Part shown: one piece after another, positions 41,178-57,379 of the stretch | How positions within the stretch are numbered: the first letter of the stretch is position 1 | Layout: each line of letters opens with the position of its first letter | Assembly (NCBI GenBank): GCA_951406725.2 | Contig: OX597839.1 | Location: forward strand, 1,240,001-1,304,000 | Reading direction: 5' to 3' | Length of the DNA stretch: 64,000 bases | From: Octopus vulgaris | Lineage: Eukaryota | Notes under the pieces: model-generated | What the model was told of the DNA's origin: nothing | Seen by the model: only the letters and a program-made list of their open reading frames with translations | Database searches by the model: none | Made by a program: the position numbers and the translations under genes

Positions 41178-41303
41178 TCTCTCGTTATGAGATTTCGACT
41201 TTCATAGGTAACGAAATTTATTTTACTATTTTTTCTTTCTTTCTTTCTTTTTCTCTCTCTTTCTTTCTTTCTTTATTTCTTTCTTCCTTTCTTTTTTTTT
41301 TAC

Positions 41304-41344
<41 letters not shown>

Positions 41345-41539
41345 AATTATTGTATACAGTGTTCAGGTGCCCCACAACTTGTCAGAAAGTGCATATAAAG
41401 CATATGCAGTAATGTAAAAATGTCTGGAAAGCGAACAATGCATGAGTCAGATACATGCTTGTGTGTGTATGGAGGGGAGAAAATCAGGTGTAGTGTTGGC
41501 GAATCTCAGAAAGCATGGAAGTTTTGAAGGATGCAGTGC

Positions 41540-42875
41540 TCTCCCTTCTTTGAAATTTTGCTTCCCTAAGTTCAGTGCCTTTTCGCTTGGGAATTATTTA
41601 TGAATGTTGAGTCTGTTTACGCTTTCTGTTTCTGCTCCTTTTAGGCCCAATTTATTTTGATGCTGGCACATTGGACATATGATAAAACACTTCCACTGGA
41701 ATTTCCTTCACTTCTTCTGCATGTCTGATTTTTAATTGATTTAGGTGTCGTTTACCTTTTATTAAATACACCATGTTTCCATTCTTTTAGTCTTGCCATC
41801 CTGCCAACTTTCTTTACCATTCTTGTATACTTTGAAAGGGGCTTACACTATGAAATTCCTGTAATATCTGTTTCTGTAGTGCGGGTGGTACTACCACTTT
41901 TCGTGCGTAAATTAATACATTGTCGAAGAATGAAAAATGGTTCGCATTCGTGTTTCCCTTTTGTTTAGTTATCAAGGTTTCTTTCATTTTTAAGACGTAT
42001 TTGCCCTCTGCTGTTTTACTTTTCATATCTTGTACAGTCACTGGCAACTCCTGAATGACATTACGCATAACGTTTTTAACTTCCTATTCTGATTTAATGC
42101 GGCTATCACCATATCTTCTAGCGGTTCCGCATTCTCCGGAATTCGCCCAGATAAACAATCCGCATGGCTAATTTTCTTAGAAGGAATGTATTCCATCTTA
42201 AAGTTGTAATTTAACAATATTGTACCCCTACATATTAATCTGTTAGCTGTATGAGTAGCAATACCTGTCTTCGATCCGAAAATTGATAGTAAAGATCGGT
42301 GGTCTGTCTAGAGCCGAAAACGTCTACCGTGGAGAAGTCTACGAAATTTCTTCACGGCAAAAATGATCGCTAGAGTTTTATTCTCTTTCTGACTGTAGTT
42401 TTTTTTCTGCTGCAATCAGAGCACGTGAGGCAAGAACTACCACCTTCATATTACCGACTTTATACTTGCGTAAAAAAACTGATCCTACACCGTATTCAGA
42501 AGCGGCAGAAGCTACAACAAACGCCGCTGCAGGATCGAAATGAGCCAGCAACAAAATATCCTCAAACGCCTTTTGACACTTATTTGACCAATTCCATTTG
42601 ACGTCTTTCTTTAGAAAATTATAAAGTGGAGCTCTCAATTCATACATGTTTGGTATGTAATTTGGTAGGCCAAGAAAAGCTTGTAATGTCCCGATGTTAG
42701 TTGGAGGAAGCTTATTTTTTAATTGCGTCTGCCTTCGACGGGTCAGGTCGTCCTCCATTTTTATCTATAATTTGTCCTAAATTGCAAATTGACAGTCCAC
42801 CAACATCGCATCCAGAACCTGCTGAAATATTGCAGGTGCAACTTTCAGACCAAATGGCAACCACCGAATAAAATA
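41540..42875 (-). mobile_element. Decayed Ty3/Gypsy pol (RT, RNase H, integrase N-terminus)
   Basis: LPFGLKVAPAIFQ; LQAFLGL; WNWSNKCQKAFE; LAHFDP..ASAASEYGVG; TDHRSL; VVVPPALQKQILQEFH. Confidence 0.85.
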
Positions 42876-45800
42876 ACCACAGCCACCACCGCCACCGCCA
42901 ACAACGCCACCGCCACCACCATATCCCTCAACACCACCATAGCCACCGCCATCACCTCCAACACCACCACTATAGCCACCGACCACACCTCCACAACCAC
43001 CATAGCCACATTAACAACCGCCACCCTCACCACAGCCATTACCGCCACCGCCGACAAAGCCACCGCCCTAACCACATCCACCACATCCACCACCACCACA
43101 ATAGCCACCGTCAACACCGCCACCATCACCACAGCAACCACGCCACCGCCAACAACGCCACCGCCACCACCACATCCACCACCACCACCAGAGCCAACGC
43201 CCCAACCTCCACCACCACCACCATAGCCACCGTCACCACCGCCACCATCACCGCAGCCACCACCGCCACCGCCAACAACGCCACCACATCCACCACCGTC
43301 AACACCGCCACTATCACCACAGCCACCACCGCCACCGCCAACAACGCCACCGCCATCGACACCTCCACCACCACACCATAGCCACCGCCACCGCCCCACC
43401 ACCATAGCCACCACCACATAGCCACCGTCACCACCCCACCATCACCGCAGCCACCACCGCCACCGCCAACAACGCCACCACCACCACCACATCCACCACC
43501 ACAACCATAACCAACGCCCCAACCTCCACCACCATCTTGGCAACCGTCACCACCGCCACTATCACCACAGCCACCACCGCCACCGCCAACAACGCCACCG
43601 CCATCGCCACCCACCCACCACCACAACCATAGCCAACGCCCCCACCTCCACAACCACCATAGCCACCGTCACCACCGCCACCAACAAAAAAGCCACCACC
43701 GCCACAGCCAACAACGCCACCGCCAGCACCACGTCAACTTCACTACCATAACCACCGCCCCCAACTCCACCATAACCACAGCCTCCACCGCCACCGCCAA
43801 CACCCCACCGCCACCACCACCATAGTCACATTCACCACTGCCAACCTCACCACAGCCATTACCGCCACCGCCGACAACGCCACCGCCCCAACCACATCCA
43901 CCACATCCACCACCACCACCACAGCCGTCTCCCCCACCTCCACCACCACCATAGCCACCGTCAACACAGCCACCATCACAACAGCCACCACAGCCACCGC
44001 CAACAACGCCACCGCCAACACAACATCCACCACCACCACCACAGCCAACGCCCCCACCTCCACCACCAACATAGCCAACGTCACCACCGCCACCATCAAC
44101 GCAGCCACCACCGCCATCGCCAACAACGATACCACCACATCCACCACCACAACAATAACCACCGCCCCAACCTCCACCACCATCTTGGCCACCGTCACCA
44201 CCGCCACTACCACCACAGCCACCACCGCCACCGTCAATAACTCCACAACCATCGACACCTCCATCACCACCATATTCACCGTCACCACCGCCACCATCAC
44301 CGCAGCCATCACACACACCGCCAACAACGACACCGCCACCACCATAGCCACCACCACCACCATAGCCACCGTCACCACCACCACCATCACCACACTCACC
44401 ACCGCCACCGCCAACAACGCCACCCTCACCACCACATTCACCACCACCACCACCATAGCCACCGCCGCCACTTCCATTACCGCAATAGCCACCGTCACCG
44501 CCGCCACCGCCAACAACGCCACCGCCACCAACACCACAGGCACCACCGCCACCGCCAACAACGCCACCGCCACCACCACATCCACCACCACCACCACCAT
44601 AGCCACCGCGCCCTACTTCACCACCACCATAGCCACCGCCCCACCTCCACCACCACCATAGCAACCGTCACCACCGTCACCACAGCGACCACTGCCACCG
44701 CCAACAACGCCACAGTCACCACCACATCCACTAACACCACCATAGCCATCGTCCCCACCTCCACCACCACCATTGGCACCGTCATCCCCGACACCGTCAC
44801 GACATCACCACCACCACCGCCAACAACGCCACCGCCACCACCACTTCCACCACAACCATCATAGCCACCACCCCCACCTCCACCACCACCATAGCCACCG
44901 TCACCACCACCACCATCACCACAGCCACCACCGCCACCGCCAACAACGCCTCCGCCACCACGACATCCACCACCACCACCATAGCCACCGCCCACACCTC
45001 CACCACCACCAGAGCCACCGTCACCACCTCCACCATTCATCACAACCACCACCGCCACCACCAACAACGCCACCACCGCCACCACCACATCCACCACCAC
45101 CTCCAACACCACCATAGCCCCCACCTCCAACACCACCATAGCCACCATCACCACCGCCACCATCACCACAGCCACCACCGCCACCGCCAACAACGCCACC
45201 GCCACCACCACATCCACCAGCGACACCATAGCCACCGCCTCCACCTCCACCACCACCATAGCCACCGTCACCACCGCCACTATCACCACAGCCACCACCG
45301 CCACCGCCAACAACGCCACCGCCACCACCACATCCACTATCACCACCATAGCCACCGCCCCCACCGCCCCCACCTCCACCACCACCACCATAGCCACCGT
45401 CAACAACGCCGTCAACACCGCCAACAACGCCACCACCGCCACCACATCCACCACTATCACCATAGCCACCGCCCCCACCTCCACCACCACCATAGCCAAC
45501 GTCACCACCGCCACCATCACCACAGCCACCGTCACCACCGCCAACAACGCCACCACCTCCACCAAACACCACAGCCACCACCGCCACCGCCAACAACGCC
45601 ACCGCAACCACCATATCCACCACCAACACCATAGCCACCGCCCCCACCTCGACCACCACCATAGCCACCATCACCACGGCCACCACCGCCACCACTAACA
45701 ACGCCACCACCAACACCACATCCACCACCACCATTGCCACCGCCCCCCCTCCACTACCACCATAGCCACCGTCACTACCGCCACCATCACCACAGCCACC

Positions 45801-48800
45801 ACCGCCACCGCCAACAACGCCACCGCCGCCACCACATACACCATGGTGGCTATGGTGATGTTGGCTATGGTGATGGTGGCGGTGGTGACGGTGGCTATGT
45901 TTGTGGTGGAGGTGGGGGCGGTGGCTATGGAGGTGGAGGTGGATGTGGTGATGGCGCCCCCACCTCCACCACCACCATAGCCACCGACACCACAGCCAAC
46001 ACAACCACCACCAACACGCCAACAACGCCACCGCCACCACCACATCCACCACCACCACCATAGCCACCGCCCCCACCTCCACCACCACCATATCCAATGT
46101 CACCACCGCCACTATCACCACAGCCACCACCGCCACCGCCAACACGCAACCGCCACCACCACATCCACCGCCCCCACCTCCACCACCACCAAAGCCACCG
46201 TCACCACCGCCACCATCACCACAGCCAACACAGCCACCACCAACACGCCACCGCCACAACCACATCCACCCACCACCATAGCCACCGCCCCCAGCTCCAC
46301 CACAACCATAGCCACCGTCACCACCGCCACCATCACCATAGCCACCGTCACCACCGCCACCATCACCACATCCACCACCGCCACCGCAAACAACGCCACC
46401 GCCGCCACCACATCCACCACCACCACCATAGCTACCGCCCCCACCTCCACCACCACCATAGCCAACGTCACCACCGCCACCATCACCACAGCCACCACCG
46501 CCACCACCAACAACGCCACCGCCGCCACCACATCCACCATCACCACATCCACCATCACCACCATAGGCACCGCCCCCACCTCCACCACCACAGTAGCCAC
46601 CGTCACCACCACCACCATCACCACGGCCACCACCGCCACCGCCAACAACGCAAGCACCACCACCACATCACCACCACCACCATAGCCACCGCCCCCACCT
46701 CCACCACCACCATATCCAATGTCACCACCGCCACTATCACCACAGCCACCACCGCCACCGCCAACACGCAACCGCCACCACCACATCCACCGCCCCCACC
46801 TCCACCACCACCATAGCCACCGTCACCACCGCCACCATCACCACAGCCAACACAGCCACCACCAACACGCCACCGCCACAACCACATCCACCTCCACCTC
46901 CATAGCCACCGCCCCCAGCTCCACCACAACCATAGCTACCGTCACCACCGCCACCACCATAGCCACCATAGCCACCGTCACCACCGCCACCATCACCACA
47001 GCCACCACCGCCACCGCCAACAACGCCATCGCCACCACCACCACCACCACCACCACCATAGCGACCGCCCCCACCTCCACCACCACCATAGCCACCGTCA
47101 CCACCGCCATCATCACCACAGCCAACACAGCCACCACCAACACGCCACCGCCACAACCACATCCACCTCCACCACCATAGCCACCGACCCCACCTCCACC
47201 ACGACCATAGTCACCGTCACCACCGCCACCATCACCATAGACACCGTCACCACCGCCACCATCACCACAGCCACAACCACATCCACCAACACCACCATAG
47301 CCACCGCCTCCATCCCCACCACCACCATAGTCACCGTCACCACCACCATCATCACCACAGCCACCACCGTTACCGCCAACAACGCCACCGCCGCCACCAC
47401 ATCCATCACCACCACCATAGCCATCGCCCCCACCTCCACCAGCACCATAGCCACGGTCACCACCGCCACCTTCACCATAGCCACTGTCACCACCACCACC
47501 ATCACCACGGCCACCACCGCCACCGCCAACAACGCCACCGCCACCACCACATCCACCACCACCACCATAGCCACCGCCCCCACCTCCACCACCACCATAT
47601 CCAATGTCACCACCGCCACCATCACCACAGCCACCACCGCCACCGCCAACACGCCACCGCCACCACCACCATAGTCACCGCCGCCCCCACCTCCACCACC
47701 ACCATAGCCACCGTCACCACCGCCACCATCACCACAGCCAACACAGCCACCACCAACACGCCACCGCCACAACCACATCCACCTCCACCTCCATAGCCAC
47801 CGCCCCCAGCTCCACCACCACCATAGCCACCGTCACCACCGCCACCATCACCATAGCCACCGTCACCACCGCCACCATCACCACAGCCACCACCGCCACC
47901 GCCAACTACGCCATCGCCACCACCACATCCACCACCACCACCATAGCGACCGCCCCCACCTCCACCACCACCATAGCCACCGTCACCACCGCCATCATCA
48001 CCACAGCCAACACAGCCACCACCAACACGCCTCCGCCACAACCACATCCACCTCCACCACCATAGCCACCGACCCCACCTCCACCACAACCATAGTCACC
48101 GTCACCACCGCCACCATCACCATAGCCACCGTCACCACCGCCACCACCGCCACCACAGCCACAGCCACAGCCACCGCCTCCATCCCCACCACCACCATAG
48201 TCACCGTCACCACCACCATCATCACCACAGCCACCACCGTTACCGCCAACAACGCCACCGCCGCCACCACATCCATCACCACCACCATAGCCATCGCCCA
48301 CACCTCCACCAGCACCATAGCCACCGTCACCACCGCCACCTTCACCATAGCCACTGTCACCACCGCCACCATAACCACAGCCACCACCGCCACCGCCAAC
48401 AACGCCACCGCCACCACCACCACCATAGCCACCGCCCCAACCTACCACCACCATAGCCACCGTTACCACCGCCACCTTCACCATAGCCACCGTCACCACC
48501 GCCACCATCACCACAGCCACCACCGCCACCGCCAACAACGCCACCGCCACCACCACATCCACCACCACCATCATAGCCACCGCCCCCACCTCCACCACCA
48601 CCATAGCCACCGTAGCCACCGTCACCACCGCCACCATCACCACAGCCGTCACCGCCACCGCCAACAACGCCACCGCCACCACCACATCCACCACCACCAC
48701 TATAGCCACCGCCCCCACCGCCACCTTCACCATAGCCACCGTCACCACCGCCACCATCACCACAGCCACCACCTCCACCGCCAACAACGCCACCGCCACA

Positions 48801-51800
48801 CCCACATACACAACCACCATAGCCACCGTCACCACCGCCACCATCACCACAGCCACCACCGCCACCGCCAACAACTCCACGGCTACCACCACACCCACCA
48901 CCAACACCATTGCCACCGCCCCCACCTCCACCTCCACCATAGCCACCGTCACCACCGCCACCATCACCACAGCCACCACCGCCACCGCCAAGAACGCCAC
49001 CGCCACCACCACCACCACCACCTCCACCACTGTCACCACCGCCACCACCACCATAGCCACCGTTACCACCGCCACCATCACAACAGCCACCACCAGCACC
49101 GCCAAGAACGCCAACGTCACCACCACATCCACCACCACCACCATAGCCACCGTCACCACCGCCACCTTCACCATAGCCACCGTCACCACCGCCACCATCA
49201 CCACAGCCACCCGCCACCGCCAACAACGCGCCACCGCCACCACCACATCCACCACCACCACCACCGTCACCACCGCCACCATCACCACAGCCACCACCGC
49301 CACCACCAACAACGCCACCGCCACCACCACATCCACCACCACCACCATAGCCACCGCCACCACCACATCCACCACCACCACCATAGCCACCGCCCCCACC
49401 TCCACCACCACCATAGCCACCGTCACCACCGCCACCTTCACCATAGCCACCGTCACCACCGTCACCATCACCACAGCCACCACCGCCACCGCCAAAAACG
49501 CCACCGCCACCACCACATCCACCACCACCACCATAGCCACCGCCGCCACCTAAACCACCACCATAGCCACCGTCACCACCGCCACCATCACCACAGCCAC
49601 CACCGCCACCGCCAACAACACCACCGCCACCACCACATCCACCACCACCACCATAGCCACCGCCCCCACCGCCACCATCACCACAGCCACCACCGCCGCC
49701 GCCAAGAACGCCACCGCCACCACCACCACCACCTCCACCACTGTCACCACCACCACCATCACCACAGCCACCACCGCCACCACCACATCCACCACCACCA
49801 TTATAGCCACCGCCCCCACCTCCACCACCACCATAGCCACCGTCACCACCGCCACCATCACCACAGCCACCACCGCCACCGCCAAGAACGCCACCGCCAC
49901 CACCACCACCACCACCACCACCACCCACCACCTCCACCACTGTCACCACCGCCACCATCACCACAGCCACCACCGCCACCGCCAACAACGCCACCGCCAC
50001 CACCACATCCACCACCACCATCATAGCCACCGCCCCCACCTCCACCACCACCATAGCCACCGTTACCACCGCCACCATCACCACATCCACCACCGCCACC
50101 GCCAAGAACGCCACCGTCACCACCACATCCACCACCACCACCATAGCCACCGTCACCACCGCCACCTTCACAATAGCCACCGTCACCACCGCCACCATCA
50201 CCACAACCACCACCGACACCGCCAACAACGCCTCCGCCACCACCGCCAACAACGCCACCGCCACCACCACATCCACCAACACCACCATAGCCACCGCCCC
50301 CAACTCCACCACCACCATAGCCACCGTCACCACCGGGACCATCACCGCAGCCACCACCCCCACCGCCAACAACGCCTCCACCACCACCACATCCACCACC
50401 TCCACCACCACCTCCACCACCGTCTCCACTTCCACCATCACCACAGCCACCACCGCCACCGCCAAGAACGCCTTCGCTACCACCATATCCACCACCACCA
50501 TAGCCACCGCCCCCACCTCAACAAGCACCATTGCCACCGTCACCACCGCCACCATCACAACAGCCACCACCGCCACCGCCAACAACGCCACCGCCTCCAC
50601 CACATCCACCACCACCACCATAGCCACCGCCCCCACCTCAACCACCACCATAGCCACCGTTACCACCGTCACCATCTCCACAGCCAACAGCGCCACCCCC
50701 ATCATGCCACCGCCACCACCAGAGCCACTACCACATCCACCACCACCACCATTACCACCGCCCCCACCTCCACCACCACCATAGCCACCGTCACCACCGC
50801 CACCTTCACCATGGACACCGTCACCACCGCCACCATCACTACAGCCACCACTGCCACCATCACCACAGCCACCACCGCCACCGCCAACAACGCCACCGCC
50901 ACCACCACATCCACCACCACCACCATAGCCACCGCCCCCACCTCCACCTCCACCATAGCCACCGTCACCACCGCCACCATCACCACAGCCACCACCGCCA
51001 CCGCCAAGAACGCCACCGCCACCACCACCACCACCACCACCACCATAGCCACCGTCACCACCACCACCACCACCACCACCATAGCCACCGTCACCACCGC
51101 CACCTTCACTGTAGCCACCGTCACCACCGCCACCATCACCACAACCACCACCGCCACCGCCAACATAGCCTCCGCCACCACCGCCAACAACGCCACCGCA
51201 ACCACCACATCCACCACCACCACCATAGCCAACGCCCCCACCTCCACCACCAGTATAGCCACCGTCACCAACGCCACCATCACCACAGCCACCACCCCCA
51301 CCGCCAACAACGCCTCCACCACCACCACATCCACCACCTCCACCACCACCTCCACCACCGTCACCACTTTCACCGTCACCACATCCACCACCGCCACCGC
51401 CAACAACGCCTCCGCCACCACCACCTCCACCACCACCATTGCCACCGTCACCACCGCCACCATCACAACATCCACCACCGCCACCGCCAACAACGCCACC
51501 GCCTCCACCACATCCACCACCACCACCATAGCCACCGCCCCCACCTCCACCACCACCATAGCCACCGTTACCACCGTCACCATCTCCACAGCCAACAGCG
51601 CCACCCCCATCATGCCACCGCCACCACCAGAGCCACTACCACATCCACCACCACCACCATTGCCACCACCCCCACCTCCACCACCACCATAGCCACCGTC
51701 ACCACCGCCACCTTCACCATAGCCACCGTCACCACCGCCACCATCACCACAGCCACCACCGCCACCATCACCACAGCCACCACCGCCACCGCCAACAACG

Positions 51801-54800
51801 CCACCGCCACCACCACATCCGCCACCACCACCATAGCCACCGCCCCCACCTCCACCTCCACCATAGCCACCGTCACCACCGCCACTATCACCACAGCCAC
51901 CACCGCCACCGCCAAGAACGCCACCGCCACCACCACCACCACCACCACCACCACCATAGCCACCGTCACCACCACCACCACCACCACCACCATAGCCACC
52001 GTCACCACCGCCACCTTCACTGTAGCCACCGTCACCACCGCCACCATCACCACAACCACCACCGCCACCGCCAACATAGCCTCCGCCACCACCGCCAACA
52101 ACGCCACCGCAACCACCACATCCACCACCACCACCATAGCCAACGCCCCCACCTCCACCACCACCATAGCCACCGTCACCACCGCCACCATCACCACAGC
52201 CACCACCCCCACCGCCAACAACGCCTCCACCACCACCACATCCACCACCTCCACCACCACCTCCACCACCGTCACCACTTTCACCGTCACCACATCCACC
52301 ACCGCCACCGCCAACAACGCCTCCGCCACCACCACCTCCACCACCACAATTGCCACCGTCACCACCGCCACCATCACAACAGCCACCACCGCCAACAACG
52401 CCACCGCCTCCACCACATCCACCACCACCACCATAGCCACCGCCCCCACCTCCACCACCACCATAGCCACCGTTACCACCGTCACCATCTCCGCAGCCAA
52501 CAGCGCCACCCCCATCATGCCACCGCCACCACCAGAGCCACTACCACATCCACCACCACCACCATTGCCACCGCCCCCACCTCCACCACCACCATAGCCA
52601 CCGTCACCACCGCCACCTTCACCATAGCCACCGTCACCACCGCCACCATCACCACATCCACCACCGCCACCATCACCACAGCCACCACCACCACCGCCAC
52701 CGCCAACAACGCCACCGCCACCACCACATCCACCACCACCACCATAGCCACCGCCCCCACCTCCACCTCGACCATAGCCACCGTCACCACCGCCACTATC
52801 ACCACAGCCACCACCGCCACCGCCAAGAACGCCACCGCCACCACCACCACCACCACCATAGCCACCGTCACCACCGCCACCTTCACCATAGCCACCGTCA
52901 CCACAGCCACCACCCCCACCGCCAACAACGCCTCCACCACCACCACATCCACCACCTACACCACCACCTCCACCACCGTCACCACTTCCACCATCACCAC
53001 AGCCACCACCGCCACCGCCAACAACGCCTCCGCCACCACCACCTCCACCACCACCATTGCCACCGTCACCACCGCCACCATCACAACAGCCACCACCGCC
53101 ACTGCCATCAACGCCACCGCCTCCACCACATCCACCACCACCACCATAACCACCGCCCCCCTCCACCACCACCATAGCCACCGTTACCACCGTCACCATC
53201 TCCACAGCCACCAGCGCCACCCCCAACTACGCCACCGCCACCACCACAACCACTACCACAGCCACCACCACACCCACCACCACCACCATTGTCACCGCCC
53301 CCACCTCCAGCACCACCATAGCCACCGTCACCGCCGCCACCATCACCACAGCCACCACCCCCACCGCCAACATCGCCTCCACCACCACCACATCCACCAC
53401 CTCCACCACCACCTCCACCACCGTCACCACTTTCACCACCACCACACCCACCACCACCACCATTGCCACCGCCCCCACCTCCACCACCACCATTGCCACC
53501 GTCACCACCGCCACCATCACAACAGCCACCACCGCCACTGCCAACAACGCCACCGCCTCCACCACATCCACCACCACCACCATTGCCACCGCACCCACCT
53601 CCACCACTACCATAGCCACCGTCACCACCGCCACCTTTACCATAGCCACCGTCACCACCGCCACCATCACTACAGCCACCACCACCACCACATCCACCAC
53701 CACCACTATAGCCACTGTCACCACCGCCACCATCACCACAGCCACCATCACCACAGCCACCACCGCCACCTCCAACAACGCCACCGCCACCACCACATCC
53801 ACCACCACCACCATAGACACCGCCCCCACCTCCACCACCACCATAGCCACCGTCACCACCGCCACCATCACCACAGCCACCACCCCCACCGCCAACATCG
53901 CCTCCACCACCACCACATCCACCACCTCCACCACCACCTCCACCACCGTCACCACTTTCACCACCACCACACCCACCACCACCACCATTGCCACCGCCCC
54001 CACCTCCACCACCACCATTGCCACCGTCACCACCGCCACCATCACAACAGCCACCACCGCCACTGCCAACAACGCCACCGCCTCCACCACATCCACCACC
54101 ACCACCATTGCCACCGCACCCACCTCCACCACTACCATAGCCACCGTCACCACCGCCACCTTTACCATAGCCACCGTCACCACCGCCACCATCACTACAG
54201 CCACCACCACCACCACATCCACCACCACCACTATAGCCACTGTCACCACCGCCACCATCACCACAGCCACCATCACCACAGCCACCACCGCCACCGCCAA
54301 CAACGCCACCGCCACCACCACATCCACCACCACCACCATAGACACCGCCCCACCTCCACTACCACCATAGCTACCGTCACCACCGCCACCATCACCACAG
54401 CCACCACCGCCACCGCCAACAACTCCACCACCACCACACCCACCACCACCACCATAGCCACCGCTTCCACCTCCACCACCTCCATAGCCACCGTCACCAC
54501 CCCCACCTTCACCATAGCCACCGTCACCACCGCCACCATCACCACAGCCACCACCGCCACCGCCAAAAACGCCACCGCCACCGCCAAAAACGCCACCGCC
54601 ATCACCACATCCACCATAGCCACCGCCTGCCACCTAAACCACCACCGTAGCCACCGCCACCATCACCACAGCCACCACCGCCACCGCCAACAACGCCACC
54701 GCCACCACCACATCCACCACCACCACCATAGCCACCGCCCCCCGCCACCACCATCACCACAGCCACCACCGCCACCGCCAACAACGCCTCCACCACCACC

Positions 54801-55575
54801 ACATCCCCCACCTCCACCACCACTTCCACCACCGTCACCACTGCCACCATCACCACACCCACCACCGCCACCGCCAAGAACGCCACCGCCACCACCACAT
54901 CCACCACCACCACCATAGCCACCGTCACCACCGCCACCTTCACCATAGCCACCGTCACCACAGCCACCACCCCCACCGCCACCTCCACCACCGTCACCAC
55001 TTCCACCATCACCACAGCCACCACCGCCACCACCACCACCGTCACCACATCCACCACCACCATAGCCACCGCCCCCACCTCCACCACCACCATTGCCACC
55101 GTCACCACCGCCACCATCACAACAGCCACCACCGCCACCGCCAACAACGCCACCGCCTCCACCACATCCACCACCACCACCATAGCCACCGCCCCCACCT
55201 CCACCACCACCATAGCCACCGTTACCACCGTCACCATCTCCACAGCCTCCAGCGCCACCCCCAACAACGCCACCGCCACCACCACAGCCACTACCACAGC
55301 CACCACCACATCCACCACCACCACCATAGCCACCGCCCCCACCTCCACCACCACCATAGCCACCGTCACCACCGCCACCTTCACCATAGCCACCGTCACC
55401 ACCGCCACCATCACTACAGCCACCACCGTCACCATCACTACAGCCACCACCGCCAACGCCAACAACGCCACCGCCACCACCACATCCACCTACCACTATA
55501 GCCACTGTCACCACCTCCACCATCACCACAGGCACAACCACCACACCCACCACCGCCACCGCTTCAACCGTCACC
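42876..55575. repeat. ~12.7-kb GC-rich complex (ACC/GCC)-based satellite
   Basis: Recurring ~110-120-bp module with higher-order copies ~905-908 bp apart (50700, 51608, 52513). It accounts for the Gly-, Val-, Thr- and Pro/His-rich ORF calls. Confidence 0.95.
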
Positions 55576-56117
55576 TCCCTACCCTTCTCTTTATGAAGGA
55601 GCGAAGAAGGGGAGGAGCCAGACAGGTGCAGGTTTGAGCAATGGTCGCCAACTCCGCCTTCCCCTCCCGATGATTTGGAAGAATCCAGACGACAGCCTCA
55701 TTCTGAAAGACTTGTACGGACAACACTGCCACCACCACCACCGCCGTCTACTTCTTCATTTCTCTCTCTCCTTCTCTCTATCTCTCTCTATCTATCCATC
55801 CATCTCCCTCTCTTTCTCTCTCTCTCCCTAGATTCCATTTTGCCCCAAGATGCCGTCCATATTGGCCAACGACTTGTTTCCATAAACCGAGAGTAATCAA
55901 GAAACATCAAAACATTTACACAGATATCAGCTCCGAGTTCACTTTCTGACGGGGACAGATACAGAACAGATCACATAACAATTCCCAACAACATCACACC
56001 CCAACTTTCTCTCTCTATCACTCTTTCTCTCTCTCTATCACTCTTTTCTCATCTCCCTCTCTTTCTGTCTCTCTCTCCCTTTCCGTCTTTCTCTCTCTTT
56101 CACTCATATATATAATA

Positions 56118-56340
56118 GGCGAGTTGGCAGAACCGTTAGCACGCCGGTATTTCGTCTGCCGTTACGTTATGAGTTCGAATTCCGCCGAGTTCGACTTTGC
56201 CTTTCATCCATTCGGGGGCGATAAATTAAGTACCAGTTACACACTGGGGTCGATGTAATCGACTTAATCCGTTTGTCTGTTCTTGTTTGTCCCCTCTGTG
56301 TGGGTAATAAAGAAATAGGTATTTCGTCTTTCTGTTACGC
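56118..56340 (+). mobile_element. tRNA-derived SINE (second family)
   Basis: TGGCAGAA..G A box, GAGTTCGAATT B box, and central GCCTTTCATCC..GATAAATTAAGTACCAG. Relatives at 3785-3930, 40640-40790 and 62582-62980. Confidence 0.8.
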
Positions 56341-56351
56341 AGGCTATAAAG

Positions 56352-56399
<48 letters not shown>

Positions 56400-56464
56400 A
56401 TAAAACGGAAAGATAACAAAAGAAAGAAAGAGACCTCAATATTATGTAAATAGAGGAAATTTAT

Positions 56465-56765
<301 letters not shown>

Positions 56766-56844
56766 TTATATATATATATATGTATATATACATATATATA
56801 TACATACACACACATGTGTGTGTGTGTGTTTATGTATACGAGAT

Positions 56845-57368
56845 GGTGCTGAAATGTTGCTGGCTATGGTGGCGGTGGCGATGCTGGTGGTTGTGGCGGT
56901 GGCGGTGGCGTTGTTGGCGGTGGCGTTGTTGGAGGTGGTAGTGGTGGTGGTGGCGGTGGTTGTGGCGGCGGCGGCGTTGTTGGCGGTGGCGTTGGTGGCG
57001 TTGGTGGCGGTGGTGGCGGTGGTGGTGGTGGCGGTGGTGGTGGTTGTGGTGGTGGTGGCGGTGGTGGCGGTGGTGGCGATGGCGTTGGTGGTGATGGAGG
57101 TAGTGGTGGTTGTGGTGGTGGTGGCGGTGGTGGTGGCGGCGCCGGTGGCTGTGGTGGCGGTGGCTGTTGTGGTGGTGGTGGTGGTGGTGGTGGCGGTGGT
57201 GGTGGCGGTGGTGGTGATGGCGGTGGTTGTGGTGGTGGCGGTAGCTGTTGTGGTGGTGGTGGTGGTGGTGGTGGTGGTGGCGGCGGCGGTGGCTGTGGTG
57301 GCGGTGGCTGTGGTGGCGGCGGCTGTTGTGGTGGTGGTGGTGGTGGTGGTGGCGGTGGTGGCGGTGGA
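56845..57368. repeat. (GGT/GGC)n low-complexity repeat, opposite orientation to the large satellite
   Basis: Read directly. Confidence 0.9.
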
Positions 57369-57379
57369 TCAGTTATGAG

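Noticed and set aside
47906-55574. Long Val/Gly-rich ORFs (up to 782 aa) as genes
   Set aside because: Stop-free frames follow from triplet-repeat composition. ORFs switch between Val and Gly frames and show no signal peptide or unique domain. Kept only as a low-probability hypothesis.
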